From positions 1 to 64,000 of IMG/VR virus record IMGVR_UViG_3300020183_005033: DNA of 64,000 nucleotides. The stretch is one strand, 5' to 3'. The notes beneath the pieces were generated by a model. The model saw only the letters and a program-made list of their open reading frames with translations. It did no database searches and had not been told where the DNA came from. The position numbers and the translations under genes were made by a program. The stretch is from a virus. Each line of letters begins with the position of its first letter. The stretch's first letter is position 1. Positions 29,861 through 39,628 of the stretch are shown piece after piece.

Positions 29861-31315
29861 ATGTCAACTCGTTTAAAAAGTTCAGATATTTTAATAAATA
29901 CCCTTTCGCATGACGGGTATTGGATGGTAAACAAAAAAATTGCCAGCCTGCTTGGCAATGATGGCGCTATCATCTTATCTGACCTAGTTTCAAAATATAA
30001 ATACTTTAAAGGTAAAAAAATGCTGGAAGATGACGGTTTTTATAATATTTCTGAAAACTTAGAAAAAGACTGCAATGTTTCTCGTTATATTAGAAGAGAG
30101 ATTTTTCAAAAATTACAGGATGTTGGTTTTTTAAAAATAGAAAAAAAGGGGTTTCCTCCTAGAAATTACTATTATATTCAGCATGATAACATTTTGGAGT
30201 TTTTACACTCAGACGAAGAACATACTGAAATAACTAAAGAAACTGAAATTACTCAATCAGGTAAAAATTTACCCCATCATAGAGGTCAAAATTTACCCCA
30301 CCATTGGGGTAAAAATTTACCCCATCATAGAGGTCAAAATTTACCCCACCATTGGGGTGAAAATTTACCTCAACAACTATATAGTAATAAGAATAAAGAA
30401 ATAACAATAAAGGAAGAAGAACAAAGGCCGCCAGAGGCGGCTACCTCCCCTCTCCCCCCTTTTTCTGTTTTAGTTGTTAAGCAAAATTCAGATTTAAAAG
30501 AGTTTGCTCGAAGAGCAAAAAATGTTTTAATGCGTAAACTCCCCAAGGTTGCAGCTAATAATTCCTACAAAGTCGAAGATCAGGTCGTAGCGTTCACGGA
30601 AGTTATCTTTGGGGATTTGCCCTACGAGTGGTGGAAATACGAAAATGGGAAAAGAAAAACATCCCCAGGCAAGATCCCTCCCGTTGCCTATCCATGGGAT
30701 TTTGATACTGCTGAGAAATTTGACACATTAACGGATTTGGCTATTGATTGGCTTAAGAAACCCAAAGTATTTTTTGAAAAATCAGAATGGACTCAAGAAT
30801 CCTATGCAAACGTAATTGTAGAAAATTTAAGAGACTGTTTGTTCAATAATGATAGCTATTTACCACCTGGCGAGCAGTCTGAAAAGAACCGCAAGGCTAA
30901 ACAGGAAATCGTAGAAGATAAGCAAAAAGCTCAGGAAATTAGGCAAGCCCTTGACAATATGCAAAAAATTGAGCAAGCTAAGAAAGACGGTCTTTTGAAT
31001 CCAACTAAATGGGCTGTTACCTCAGAAGAGCTGGCTGATGCGCATAAAGCAGGTATGGCTTACTTCGTCATGAAGAAGTCAGCACCTTGTGTAGAAAGCT
31101 ATGTTTATGATTTTGTTGACGATTTGGTTGCAGTTGGTAAAGCAGAAATGCCTGATTCCTTCAAGTACCCTGAATGGCTTGAGGGCTTTATGATTGTAAT
31201 TACCGATGCTGTTAGCACAAGAACCGATTGGACTTGGAAAAATCCTGAGTGCAAAACAGCCATGGAGGCTGTTCATGCTCTTGTGAGAAAATACATTAGC
31301 GATGTCGAAGGATAA
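29861..31315 (+). CDS. Replication initiator-like protein (N-terminal winged HTH, internal repeats)
   Basis: N-terminus resembles phage replisome-organizer wHTH (FY...LEKD...R...KL...GFL.I.KKG.P.RNYY); internal 24-bp repeats. Confidence 0.65.
   Translation: MSTRLKSSDILINTLSHDGYWMVNKKIASLLGNDGAIILSDLVSKYKYFKGKKMLEDDGFYNISENLEKDCNVSRYIRREIFQKLQDVGFLKIEKKGFPPRNYYYIQHDNILEFLHSDEEHTEITKETEITQSGKNLPHHRGQNLPHHWGKNLPHHRGQNLPHHWGENLPQQLYSNKNKEITIKEEEQRPPEAATSPLPPFSVLVVKQNSDLKEFARRAKNVLMRKLPKVAANNSYKVEDQVVAFTEVIFGDLPYEWWKYENGKRKTSPGKIPPVAYPWDFDTAEKFDTLTDLAIDWLKKPKVFFEKSEWTQESYANVIVENLRDCLFNNDSYLPPGEQSEKNRKAKQEIVEDKQKAQEIRQALDNMQKIEQAKKDGLLNPTKWAVTSEELADAHKAGMAYFVMKKSAPCVESYVYDFVDDLVAVGKAEMPDSFKYPEWLEGFMIVITDAVSTRTDWTWKNPECKTAMEAVHALVRKYISDVEG
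30260..30371. repeat. 24-bp iteron-like tandem repeats (4 full + 1 partial), putative replication origin
   Basis: GGT(A/C/G)AAAATTTACC cores at 30260, 30284, 30308, 30332, 30356, followed by an A-rich tract. Confidence 0.8.
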
Positions 31316-31318
31316 AAA

Positions 31319-32152
31319 ATGACCATTTATGATAAAAATAAACGCAAGGGTCTAATTGGACTGGGGCCTATTCCCAAGAAGGCTCCAGTGGCTGCGTTTA
31401 ATATAGACCAAATTCATGACCTATTGCGTACTAAGGGCTTTTTGGCTTTCCACTGCCGCCATGCTCTTAACCCCAAACGCAAGAGTCTTCAGGCAGGAAT
31501 GGACTTGTCAGAGAACGGCTCAGAAAGACCGTTTATTTATTACGATATTCGTCCAATATTGATGGTCGGACAAGACTTTTCTGTCAGGGATACGCTTACA
31601 GCCATGGGTTTATATGGCACCGGCACATCCATGTTCAACGTAGCTGGAGAATACCTAGACGGCTCGCAAGAGCGTGTTTTTGTTAGAGTAAATGACGTTA
31701 TTATCTTGAATCCCTCAATGACAGAACTTTTTGAACAAAACTTTGAGTACAAAGGCGAAGAAGAAACTTCGCTTATGTATCGCTGTAGAGCTGTGGATTA
31801 TATGCTCACTTCTCGCGGCACTCGCTTGAACGAAGGACTTGATTTTCACGTTACGACAGAGGGTAAAATCAAGTGGGTAGAAAGTACAGACAAGCCTAAA
31901 CTTGGTGAAATAGTTTCAATTGTGTTCTACTACCAACCCATTTTTGTTGTGCGTGCTTTGCCTCATAACATCCGCTTGTTGCCCTCAAACGATTTGGGAA
32001 CAGGCAAAATGCCAAGAGATGTAAAGTATGCGCCACAGCTAGTGTTGTGTGATTATTCGACAGTGCGAGACGGGCCAGAAAACTCAATTGATTGGTTCAA
32101 CTTGCCTGAATTGCAAAATTGGGAACAATACCTTATTAAGCCTGCGAAATGA
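31319..32152 (+). CDS. putative neck/head-completion protein
   Basis: General resemblance to myophage neck proteins; structural context. Confidence 0.5.
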   Translation: MTIYDKNKRKGLIGLGPIPKKAPVAAFNIDQIHDLLRTKGFLAFHCRHALNPKRKSLQAGMDLSENGSERPFIYYDIRPILMVGQDFSVRDTLTAMGLYGTGTSMFNVAGEYLDGSQERVFVRVNDVIILNPSMTELFEQNFEYKGEEETSLMYRCRAVDYMLTSRGTRLNEGLDFHVTTEGKIKWVESTDKPKLGEIVSIVFYYQPIFVVRALPHNIRLLPSNDLGTGKMPRDVKYAPQLVLCDYSTVRDGPENSIDWFNLPELQNWEQYLIKPAK

Positions 32153-32985
32153 TAGGAGAAAAAATGGAAGACGTTAAGCCTCAGCCGCTAGAACAAGAAG
32201 AAGAAAAAGTAGATGCCGTCAAAGACGTAAAGAAACTCGTCGAGGCTTTCTCCGCTGTCTTTAGGCACCAACATGGCCAAGAACCATCACAAGAAGACAT
32301 TGCAAAATTCTTGGCAGAATCTGGTCAAAAAGAACAGCCTGCAGAAGAAATGTCAAAAGAAGATTCACCAAGTGTACTCAAGTACAAGGTCATCTTTGGT
32401 AAGACAAGCAAGCCTTTGTTCTTCAGTGACGGCGCAAAATACTTTGATTGCCACTCAGAGCAATGGCACGACGAAGCTCCGTCTGTCATCTCGGAGCTCA
32501 ATGAGCGTCCTATCACGACAGCCGACTTGTACTACGCTATTATGCACGGCCTAGTTAACGATATGGACTATGAGCGTCTCTCTGAGAAAAAACTTGTTCC
32601 ACAAGAATCTCAAAAACTTTATGAAAAACTTAAAAAACTTAATGACACAGTGGAGCAGCTCAAAATGAGCCACGGTGAATCACTTGAAAAAGCATATGGC
32701 GAAGACGAGTTTGACTCGGCGGGTACATTGCCACTTGACATTAGTTCTCTCGAAGATGATTCGTTTGAAATTGATGACCAAGACTTTTCTCATTTCCCCG
32801 CAGAAGAAATCGGTACAGATGTTGTTGCTGAAATTATGCGCTTGGCAATGGAAGAAGGTCTGGCTCCCGAGCTAGAAGCCGCAATTCGCCGCATTGTGCG
32901 CGAAGAGATGGCTGCGGCTTCTCAGCCACAAGCACCTGTTGAACCAGTCAGCGATGAGCAGATTCAAGGTTTGGAAATGAAATAA
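32149..32985 (+). CDS. acidic hypothetical protein, possibly head-associated
   Basis: Acidic; contains MSKE and LEKA motifs. Confidence 0.55.
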   Translation: MIGEKMEDVKPQPLEQEEEKVDAVKDVKKLVEAFSAVFRHQHGQEPSQEDIAKFLAESGQKEQPAEEMSKEDSPSVLKYKVIFGKTSKPLFFSDGAKYFDCHSEQWHDEAPSVISELNERPITTADLYYAIMHGLVNDMDYERLSEKKLVPQESQKLYEKLKKLNDTVEQLKMSHGESLEKAYGEDEFDSAGTLPLDISSLEDDSFEIDDQDFSHFPAEEIGTDVVAEIMRLAMEEGLAPELEAAIRRIVREEMAAASQPQAPVEPVSDEQIQGLEMK

Positions 32986-33746
32986 TGGCTGACCTTGGCG
33001 ATATTATTGAGTTTTTTGAAAACTATGTAAATGCTGTAGAGAACGCAGTTGAAAGGGCAATCTCTTCAGCGCCCTTACTTATTCGCCAAGAATTTGCCGC
33101 CCAAGCCAGAAAAAATCTCAAGACTTCCATCGACGAATACATGGCCTCTTTGGACATTAAGCTGACGGACAATGTTCTTATTGTTGACCTAGACAAAACC
33201 TCTTGGTTAGCAAATGCCGTTGAGAATGGAGCCAGTGAGTTTGACATGAAGACAACTCACCTCAACGGCCCCAACGTCAAGTTCTCTAAAAAGGGTTACC
33301 GCTATATGTCAATTCCTTTGCCAGTCTACAAAGACAAAGGACCAATTGCCGGCACAGACAAAGCCCAGTTGCTGCAGGATAAGATTAAGGCGGCTCTTAA
33401 GGACCCGTCGTTTAGTGCCCCAAGAATGGCTAAGAACAGAGATGGCTCTGCAATGGTAGTTGAGCGTCTATTGACCGCTGACCCACAGCTTAAGGGCATG
33501 ATTCGCACAAGTCGGTTTGGCTCACTAGAGGACGTTGCTAAAGGTGCTCGACCCAAGAACGTCCAGTATACTTTGTTTAGGACTATGTCACAGAATCCTT
33601 TGTCTAAGTCAAAGTGGGTACACCCTGGTATCAAGCCACGCCGCCTGTTTCCTCGTGTTCAGAACTTTGCAGACTCGACAATGCTTGACTTGATGATTGA
33701 TATCATTCAAACTGAAATGGAAAATTATTTAAGGGGGAACGGCTGA
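32985..33746 (+). CDS. putative neck/tail-completion protein
   Basis: Basic; YMSIP, FRTMS, WVHPG motifs typical of large myophage virion proteins. Confidence 0.5.
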   Translation: MADLGDIIEFFENYVNAVENAVERAISSAPLLIRQEFAAQARKNLKTSIDEYMASLDIKLTDNVLIVDLDKTSWLANAVENGASEFDMKTTHLNGPNVKFSKKGYRYMSIPLPVYKDKGPIAGTDKAQLLQDKIKAALKDPSFSAPRMAKNRDGSAMVVERLLTADPQLKGMIRTSRFGSLEDVAKGARPKNVQYTLFRTMSQNPLSKSKWVHPGIKPRRLFPRVQNFADSTMLDLMIDIIQTEMENYLRGNG

Positions 33747-34735
33747 TGGGCATGTATTTGGCTGACTTAGCCGTCATGACAACAATTCAAGCTGGACTTC
33801 AGCACCTTAAAGAAAACCCAGACGAATTAGAATATTTGTTGTCTAATTATATTGACTTATGTATGATTAATAAGCTAACAGGCGGCTATAAATACGTCAA
33901 GATGCTTATGGACGTTGTGCTGCAAAAGACTGGTCAACAGATTATCGTAGACGAGTATTACACTCAAAATACAAGCCCAAACTACGCTATTTACGTTATA
34001 TCGTCCGGCGGCGAGACGAATAAGTTTTTTGGAGATTATGGTCAAGAAGAACCACAAGCTATTGACCCCAAGGTCTATCTCGTTGGCGACGCACTTAAGA
34101 CTAAAGGCAAGGATAAGTTGGTGTTTCTGAAGTCTACGGGCATCTTAGACGCCGTATCAGTTGGAATGAAAGCTCATTTGTCTACCCCTGAAGGTCAGTT
34201 CTCGGCTACAGTCAAAGCCATCTTTCCTGATAAGAAAGACCTGCCAGACGCTCCATCGACAGAAGGGTTTAATAACTCTGACTCAATTACAGTCATCTTA
34301 GACAAGCCCATTCCTTACTTTGAAAGCAAGCCCCTGCTTAAGGGTTGGAGCTTTAAATCAGCCCATGATGCTCGTACAGCCGTTATTAATGCATCTGGAG
34401 ATGCAGTCAACGTAGGTATCTTGCTTAAGACAGCAGGCGATATTCAGCTACACAAGTTGTTTTGCCTTGTGCTGCGTTATGTTCTGAAGAAGGGTCGCAT
34501 GACTCTTGAGAATCAGGGTTTGCAAATAGCAACGATTAGTCAAGGTTCTCCAGAAGAAGATGGTCAGTCTCAGGACGTGACTTTTACTACGACTTTCGGG
34601 ATTAGGGCAACTGCATTTGACTTTTGGGTTGACAAAAAGATATATTCACCAGATAAGATGTGTTTACATGTTGATGGAGTGTCTTACGATGGCTCGTCAA
34701 TAGTTCCAGTTTATCCAGTTAGAGAGGAAGATTGA
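33746..34735 (+). CDS. putative virion structural (tail terminator-like) protein
   Basis: Context and size only. Confidence 0.4.
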   Translation: MGMYLADLAVMTTIQAGLQHLKENPDELEYLLSNYIDLCMINKLTGGYKYVKMLMDVVLQKTGQQIIVDEYYTQNTSPNYAIYVISSGGETNKFFGDYGQEEPQAIDPKVYLVGDALKTKGKDKLVFLKSTGILDAVSVGMKAHLSTPEGQFSATVKAIFPDKKDLPDAPSTEGFNNSDSITVILDKPIPYFESKPLLKGWSFKSAHDARTAVINASGDAVNVGILLKTAGDIQLHKLFCLVLRYVLKKGRMTLENQGLQIATISQGSPEEDGQSQDVTFTTTFGIRATAFDFWVDKKIYSPDKMCLHVDGVSYDGSSIVPVYPVREED

Positions 34736-35322
34736 CTATGTCAAAGAAAAAAAAGTTTTCATCTCGCGTAGTTGAGTCTGTAGACCCAATGAGCGCATTT
34801 ATTGATGACTCAAATGAGCTAGCCGAACCAGAAGCAGAGCCTGCGCCTGTAGAAACTCCTGCGGAAGAGAGTCAGCCCGTCGCTGAAAAACTAAAAGACG
34901 CGCTTAGTGATGCTATTGAATTTGAAAAAGGAAATAAAGAAGTTGCTTTTGCTCATGCAATGAGCGCCGAAGAAGCCCCTGCTGTTATTCCAGAAGCACC
35001 CAAAGAAGCCAAAAAAGTAGATGTTCTCGACATGTTGCATGACACGACAATGTCCCCCAAAGTCGCTGTTCTAGAAAAGAATGCGATTCCTCTACAGCTT
35101 CAGAACCAAGAGGCAGATAAGACTCCCAAGATTGATGTGAGTAATAGTCAGATTCCTTTGTTTGATTTACTAGAGGTCGCTCGTCAGCATGCAAATGGCT
35201 ATCAGGCAACATGGGACGCTTCAATCAAAGCTTATGCAAGGCATATGGGGTTTCCGGCAATGGCTTCAATGGAAGACTGCAGGTCTTTCTTAGTAAAGTG
35301 GGGAGCAAAACTTAAAGATTAA
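34732..35322 (+). CDS. hypothetical protein
   Basis: 196 aa, low-complexity N-terminus. Confidence 0.6.
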   Translation: MTMSKKKKFSSRVVESVDPMSAFIDDSNELAEPEAEPAPVETPAEESQPVAEKLKDALSDAIEFEKGNKEVAFAHAMSAEEAPAVIPEAPKEAKKVDVLDMLHDTTMSPKVAVLEKNAIPLQLQNQEADKTPKIDVSNSQIPLFDLLEVARQHANGYQATWDASIKAYARHMGFPAMASMEDCRSFLVKWGAKLKD

Positions 35323-35342
35323 TTATTTTTATAGGGGGATTT

Positions 35343-35891
35343 ATGAAGATTGCTTTTGGTTATAAGGCTCGCTCAGGAAAAGACACTTCAGCAGAATATC
35401 TTCAGGGACAATATGGAGGGCAAATTTTTAAGTTTGCTCAACCCATCTATGACATCATGAAGGCTACTCATGAGATTGCAGGAGTAGATGCCTTTAAGGA
35501 TACTAAGTTGCTAACTTGGGTTGGAACAGACTGGGGTCGCTCTATTAATGAAAAGATTTGGATAGACCATTGCCTAAACAGAATCCATCAGGCCGAAAGA
35601 CAAGGTTGTTATCTTTCTAACGAAGCCTTTGTAAACAATTTTTATATCACAGACGTTCGGTTCCCAAATGAAGCCGAAGCACTTAAGAATAATGGATTCT
35701 TTCTTGTTAAAGTAGACAGAAGAACCCGTCCACAAGAAGAAAGAGCTGCTCATATGTCAGAGAATGCACTAAATGATTATAAAGGTTGGGATTTTGTGAT
35801 TGATAATAATGGACACCTTGAAGACCTTTACGAACAGCTCCAGTCAATAGTTCAAGTTATTAAAATTTCAGAGAAATATAACATAAAATAA
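35343..35891 (+). CDS. deoxynucleoside monophosphate kinase
   Basis: GYKARSGKDT, GTDWGR, ITDVRFPNE, H.SE. Confidence 0.9.
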   Translation: MKIAFGYKARSGKDTSAEYLQGQYGGQIFKFAQPIYDIMKATHEIAGVDAFKDTKLLTWVGTDWGRSINEKIWIDHCLNRIHQAERQGCYLSNEAFVNNFYITDVRFPNEAEALKNNGFFLVKVDRRTRPQEERAAHMSENALNDYKGWDFVIDNNGHLEDLYEQLQSIVQVIKISEKYNIK

Positions 35892-35948
35892 CTCTTGGCG
35901 AGTCGGTTAAAATTGTGTAGCTTCTAACGGCAGCCAAGGAGAATTAGG

Positions 35949-36920
35949 ATGCTCATAGAGCCACGTCTTTATTATAAACCATTCCAATATTCCGAAGCAT
36001 ATGAATTTTTTCTTAAACAGCAGCAGGCTCATTGGCTTTGGACAGAAGTCAACATGGGGCCAGACATTAAAGACTATAATGAAAACCTAACTGAAAATGA
36101 AAAAAAAGTTGTTATCAGGATTCTTCGTTTGTTTACAACCATTGAAATCGACGCGGAAGACTACTGGTCATCAAACGTAGCTAAGTGGTTTAAGCATCCA
36201 GAAGTGCAACAGATGGCAGCCACTAATGGGGCATTTGAAAGTATCCATATTGCAGCCTACGACCATTTATCAACCTCACTGGGTCTTCCTTTATCTGAAT
36301 ACGAAGAATTTTTAAAGAATCCTGCTATGAAAGCTAAGAAAGATAAGTTGGCTACAATTCTAAATGATACGGAAACCCTAGAGGGCAGGGCTCGCTCGTT
36401 GGCGGTTTTCTCGGCCTTTACCGAAGGCGTATCTCTTTTTAGCTCATTTGCCGTCTTGATGAACTTCTCACGGTTTAATAAGCTTAAAGGCGTAGCTAAT
36501 ATTGTTAGCTGGTCGGTTCGAGACGAAGGGCTGCACTCCGATGCGGGTTGTTGGCTGTTTAGAACTCTGATGTCTGAGCATCCTGAAATTTGGACTGATG
36601 AGTTTAAAAAAACTATCTATCAGGCAGCCAGAGACATTGTTGAACTAGAAGACGACTATATTGATGCCGTATTTGATGAGGCTGAAATTCAAGGAATTAC
36701 TCCTAAGCAACTCAAGGCATATGTTCGATATAGGGCTAACACCAAGTTGCAAGACTTGGGACTAAAAACTAATTGGAAGAATATTGATGTTGAGTCGGTA
36801 AAAGCTATTACTGGTTGGTTTGATGTGCTAAGCTCCGGCAACGAGCATTCTGATTTTTTTGCCCTAAAGAGTACAGCGTATTCAAAGGGACACGTTGATT
36901 GGTCAAAAATTAAGTTTTAA
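35949..36920 (+). CDS. nrdB: ribonucleotide reductase class I beta subunit
   Basis: FESIH..AY, EGVSLFSSF, RDEGLH, DFF. Confidence 0.93.
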   Translation: MLIEPRLYYKPFQYSEAYEFFLKQQQAHWLWTEVNMGPDIKDYNENLTENEKKVVIRILRLFTTIEIDAEDYWSSNVAKWFKHPEVQQMAATNGAFESIHIAAYDHLSTSLGLPLSEYEEFLKNPAMKAKKDKLATILNDTETLEGRARSLAVFSAFTEGVSLFSSFAVLMNFSRFNKLKGVANIVSWSVRDEGLHSDAGCWLFRTLMSEHPEIWTDEFKKTIYQAARDIVELEDDYIDAVFDEAEIQGITPKQLKAYVRYRANTKLQDLGLKTNWKNIDVESVKAITGWFDVLSSGNEHSDFFALKSTAYSKGHVDWSKIKF

Positions 36921-36932
36921 TGGAGTCTTTTC

Positions 36933-38618
36933 ATGGAATTAGAAGAACTCAAGAAACAAGGCGAAGCTCCTGAGTTTCTAACTGAAATCGGATATAAGAC
37001 TTTATTGGGAGGCTATCTTCTTCCAAACGAAACGCCCAAAGGTATGTGGGTTCGCGTTGCTCGTACAGCAGCTAACATTCTTAAGAAGCCAGGGCTTGAA
37101 GAAAAGTTTTTTAATATATTGTGGAAGGGTTGGATAGGACTAGCTACTCCTGTAGCCAGTAACTTGGGCACCAACAGAGGCTTACCTATCTCCTGCTATT
37201 CAATTTCCCCAATGGATTCAACTAGTTCCATCTTACAGAAGGGTCATGAGCTTGCCATGCTCACAAAGAATGGAGGCGGCGTTGGTGTCTATATGGGCGA
37301 CCTTCGTCCCGCTGGCTCTAAGATTAGTACAGGCGGAACATCTGAAGGCATGATTCCGTTTGCCAAAATTTATGACTCTATTACAGTTGGCATTAGTCAA
37401 GGCAACGTGCGTCGTGGTGCAGCAGCCATCTATCTTCCTGTTGACCATGGAGACATTAAAGCGTTTTTGCGTATGCGCCGTCCAGAGGGTGACCCCAACC
37501 GTCAGTGCCTTAACCTTCATCATGCTGTTTGTATCCCAGATAGCTTTATGCACAAAGTTGAGTCAGGCGATGAGTCGTCCCAAGAGCTACTAAGAGAGAT
37601 CTATAAGGCACGTCTTGAGACAGGCGAGCCCTATATCTTTTATTCAGATAACGTAAACTCACAAAATCCAGAAGCGTATACAAAAAATAACCTAAAGATT
37701 TCAACTAGTAACATATGTTCCGAAATAGTTTTATATACAGACAGCGACCATACTTTTGTTTGCTGTTTGTCTTCACTCAATCTAGCCAAGTGGCATGAAT
37801 GGAAAGATACAGACACAGTAGAGCTGTCTGTTTATCTTCTTGATGCAGTCTTAACTGAGTTCATCGAGAAGGCTCAAAAGCTGCAGGGCTTTGAAGCCGC
37901 TGTTCGCTCTGCTATTAAGGGCAGAGCTTTGGGGCTAGGTGTTATGGGCTGGCATACACTGTTGCAACAAGAGCACGTAGGGATGGGTTCGTTTAGAGCT
38001 AAGATTCTTAATAAGGCCATCTTTAAGAATATCCAAGAGAACGCTCTAAACGCATCTAAAAAACTCGCTAAAGAATTTGGCGAACCAGAATGGTGCAAAG
38101 GAACGGGACTAAGGTCAACTCATTTAATTGCCGTTGCTCCCACAGCATCAAACTCTCTTATTACCGGCAACATTTCGGCAGGCGTTGAGCCAATCAATGC
38201 TAACGCTTATGTAAAGAAAACAGCTAAAGGAACCTTTATTGAATTTAATCCTCTCCTAAAAAAGAGACTACAAGAACTGGGCAAAGACACGGAAGAGGTG
38301 TGGAACGCTATTGTTAAGGACGAAGGGTCGGTACGAGGATTAAACTTTTTGTCAGATGAAGATAAAGATGTTTTTAAAACGGCTTTTGAGATTGACCAAT
38401 TGACTTTAATTGACTTGGCGGCAGACAGACAACCATTTATCTGTCAGGCACAATCGCTCAATCTTTTCTTCTCGAAAGACGTTGAGCCCCAATATTTTCA
38501 TGATGTTCATTGGACGGCATGGCAGAAAAAAGTTAAGACTCTTTATTATGTACGCAGTTCCTCTGTCTTGAGAGCTGACTTGTCTTCGAGGGGGGAGTGC
38601 GTTGCTTGCGAAGGCTGA
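36933..38618 (+). CDS. nrdA: ribonucleotide reductase class I alpha subunit
   Basis: PISC, GGGVG, SNICSE, CCLSSLN, APTAS, KTLYY, C-terminal CVACEG. Confidence 0.95.
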   Translation: MELEELKKQGEAPEFLTEIGYKTLLGGYLLPNETPKGMWVRVARTAANILKKPGLEEKFFNILWKGWIGLATPVASNLGTNRGLPISCYSISPMDSTSSILQKGHELAMLTKNGGGVGVYMGDLRPAGSKISTGGTSEGMIPFAKIYDSITVGISQGNVRRGAAAIYLPVDHGDIKAFLRMRRPEGDPNRQCLNLHHAVCIPDSFMHKVESGDESSQELLREIYKARLETGEPYIFYSDNVNSQNPEAYTKNNLKISTSNICSEIVLYTDSDHTFVCCLSSLNLAKWHEWKDTDTVELSVYLLDAVLTEFIEKAQKLQGFEAAVRSAIKGRALGLGVMGWHTLLQQEHVGMGSFRAKILNKAIFKNIQENALNASKKLAKEFGEPEWCKGTGLRSTHLIAVAPTASNSLITGNISAGVEPINANAYVKKTAKGTFIEFNPLLKKRLQELGKDTEEVWNAIVKDEGSVRGLNFLSDEDKDVFKTAFEIDQLTLIDLAADRQPFICQAQSLNLFFSKDVEPQYFHDVHWTAWQKKVKTLYYVRSSSVLRADLSSRGECVACEG

Positions 38619-39057
38619 GGAATTAATCAAAGAAGACGACCACTTCATTGCTTACGCAAACATCGTAAGCAAGTTTTCTCCTGATACTAAAAGACGAGTA
38701 GGCGCTGTTGTGGCCAAAGATGGTCATAAGTTATCAGACGGTCACAATAAGCCAGTCCCAAACAAAAAGATTGATGATTATTTTTGTCAGTCAAAACAGC
38801 CATTTATGATTCATGCCGAAATGGATGCTTTATTGAAGCTCACGTCAAAACAAGCTAAAGACGCCACTATCTATATTACTTTAGCGCCTTGCGCAGAGTG
38901 TTGCAAATTGATAGCTGCTTGTGGTATTAAGAGAGTGGTTTACAGAGACGACCACAAAGAATCAAATATCAATTATTTAAGGGGGTTAGGTATAGAAGTT
39001 GAAAAATACGGTGAAATTACTTTTGGTTGTGATAAAATTGAATCATTGCAGGAATAA
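38602..39057 (+). CDS. dCMP deaminase
   Basis: VGAV, HAEMDA, PCAEC. Confidence 0.85.
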   Translation: MLAKAEELIKEDDHFIAYANIVSKFSPDTKRRVGAVVAKDGHKLSDGHNKPVPNKKIDDYFCQSKQPFMIHAEMDALLKLTSKQAKDATIYITLAPCAECCKLIAACGIKRVVYRDDHKESNINYLRGLGIEVEKYGEITFGCDKIESLQE

Positions 39058-39094
39058 ACCTGTACAATCCTAAAATAGAATAGGGGATTTCTCC

Positions 39095-39589
39095 ATGGCT
39101 CACGCACGCGAATTAAAACTATTGCAAGCTCTCGTTGACACTCAGCTTAAGTCATTTGGCTGGAAAGACCCCAAGGCTCTTTTCGTCGGTCAAGACGGCG
39201 AAGGCTATGCAGCTCTTTATGTAAACTTTACAGACGCTACACGTAGCACAAACGATGTCGCTGCCCTTGTTCGTTTGATTCCAGCAGGCGACGGACTTCC
39301 AGCTTCAATGTTCACCCTTAGCCACAGCGGCAACGCTCCAATTCATGGCTCCGTTCATGCTTTGGTTGCTGTCGAGGCTCCGTTGGCACCTATGGGTGAT
39401 CACGCTAAATTTGTTCAGGATTTGGTTCATTGCCTCCGTGGTCAACTTGGCTCACCAGTTGAGCTTAAGGTTACCGCTAATGGCGTGCTTCCTGCTCTTA
39501 AAGGCGTTGATGGCGCTGGCGCTGACAGTCTCCCAGCAGACTCAATGGCTCTTGCTCCTTCTCGTACAGCGGTTGTTGGCGGCGTTTAA
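39095..39589 (+). CDS. putative virion (head) protein
   Basis: Codon bias like the capsid gene; precedes the scaffold-like gene. Confidence 0.45.
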   Translation: MAHARELKLLQALVDTQLKSFGWKDPKALFVGQDGEGYAALYVNFTDATRSTNDVAALVRLIPAGDGLPASMFTLSHSGNAPIHGSVHALVAVEAPLAPMGDHAKFVQDLVHCLRGQLGSPVELKVTANGVLPALKGVDGAGADSLPADSMALAPSRTAVVGGV

Positions 39590-39628
39590 TAACGCTGTCA
39601 CTCCCTTTAAACTCAAGGAAAAGAACAA

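Noticed and set aside
30260-30371. 24-bp repeats as a mini-CRISPR
   Set aside because: Spacers are only about 10 bp and are themselves repeated; better explained as iterons.
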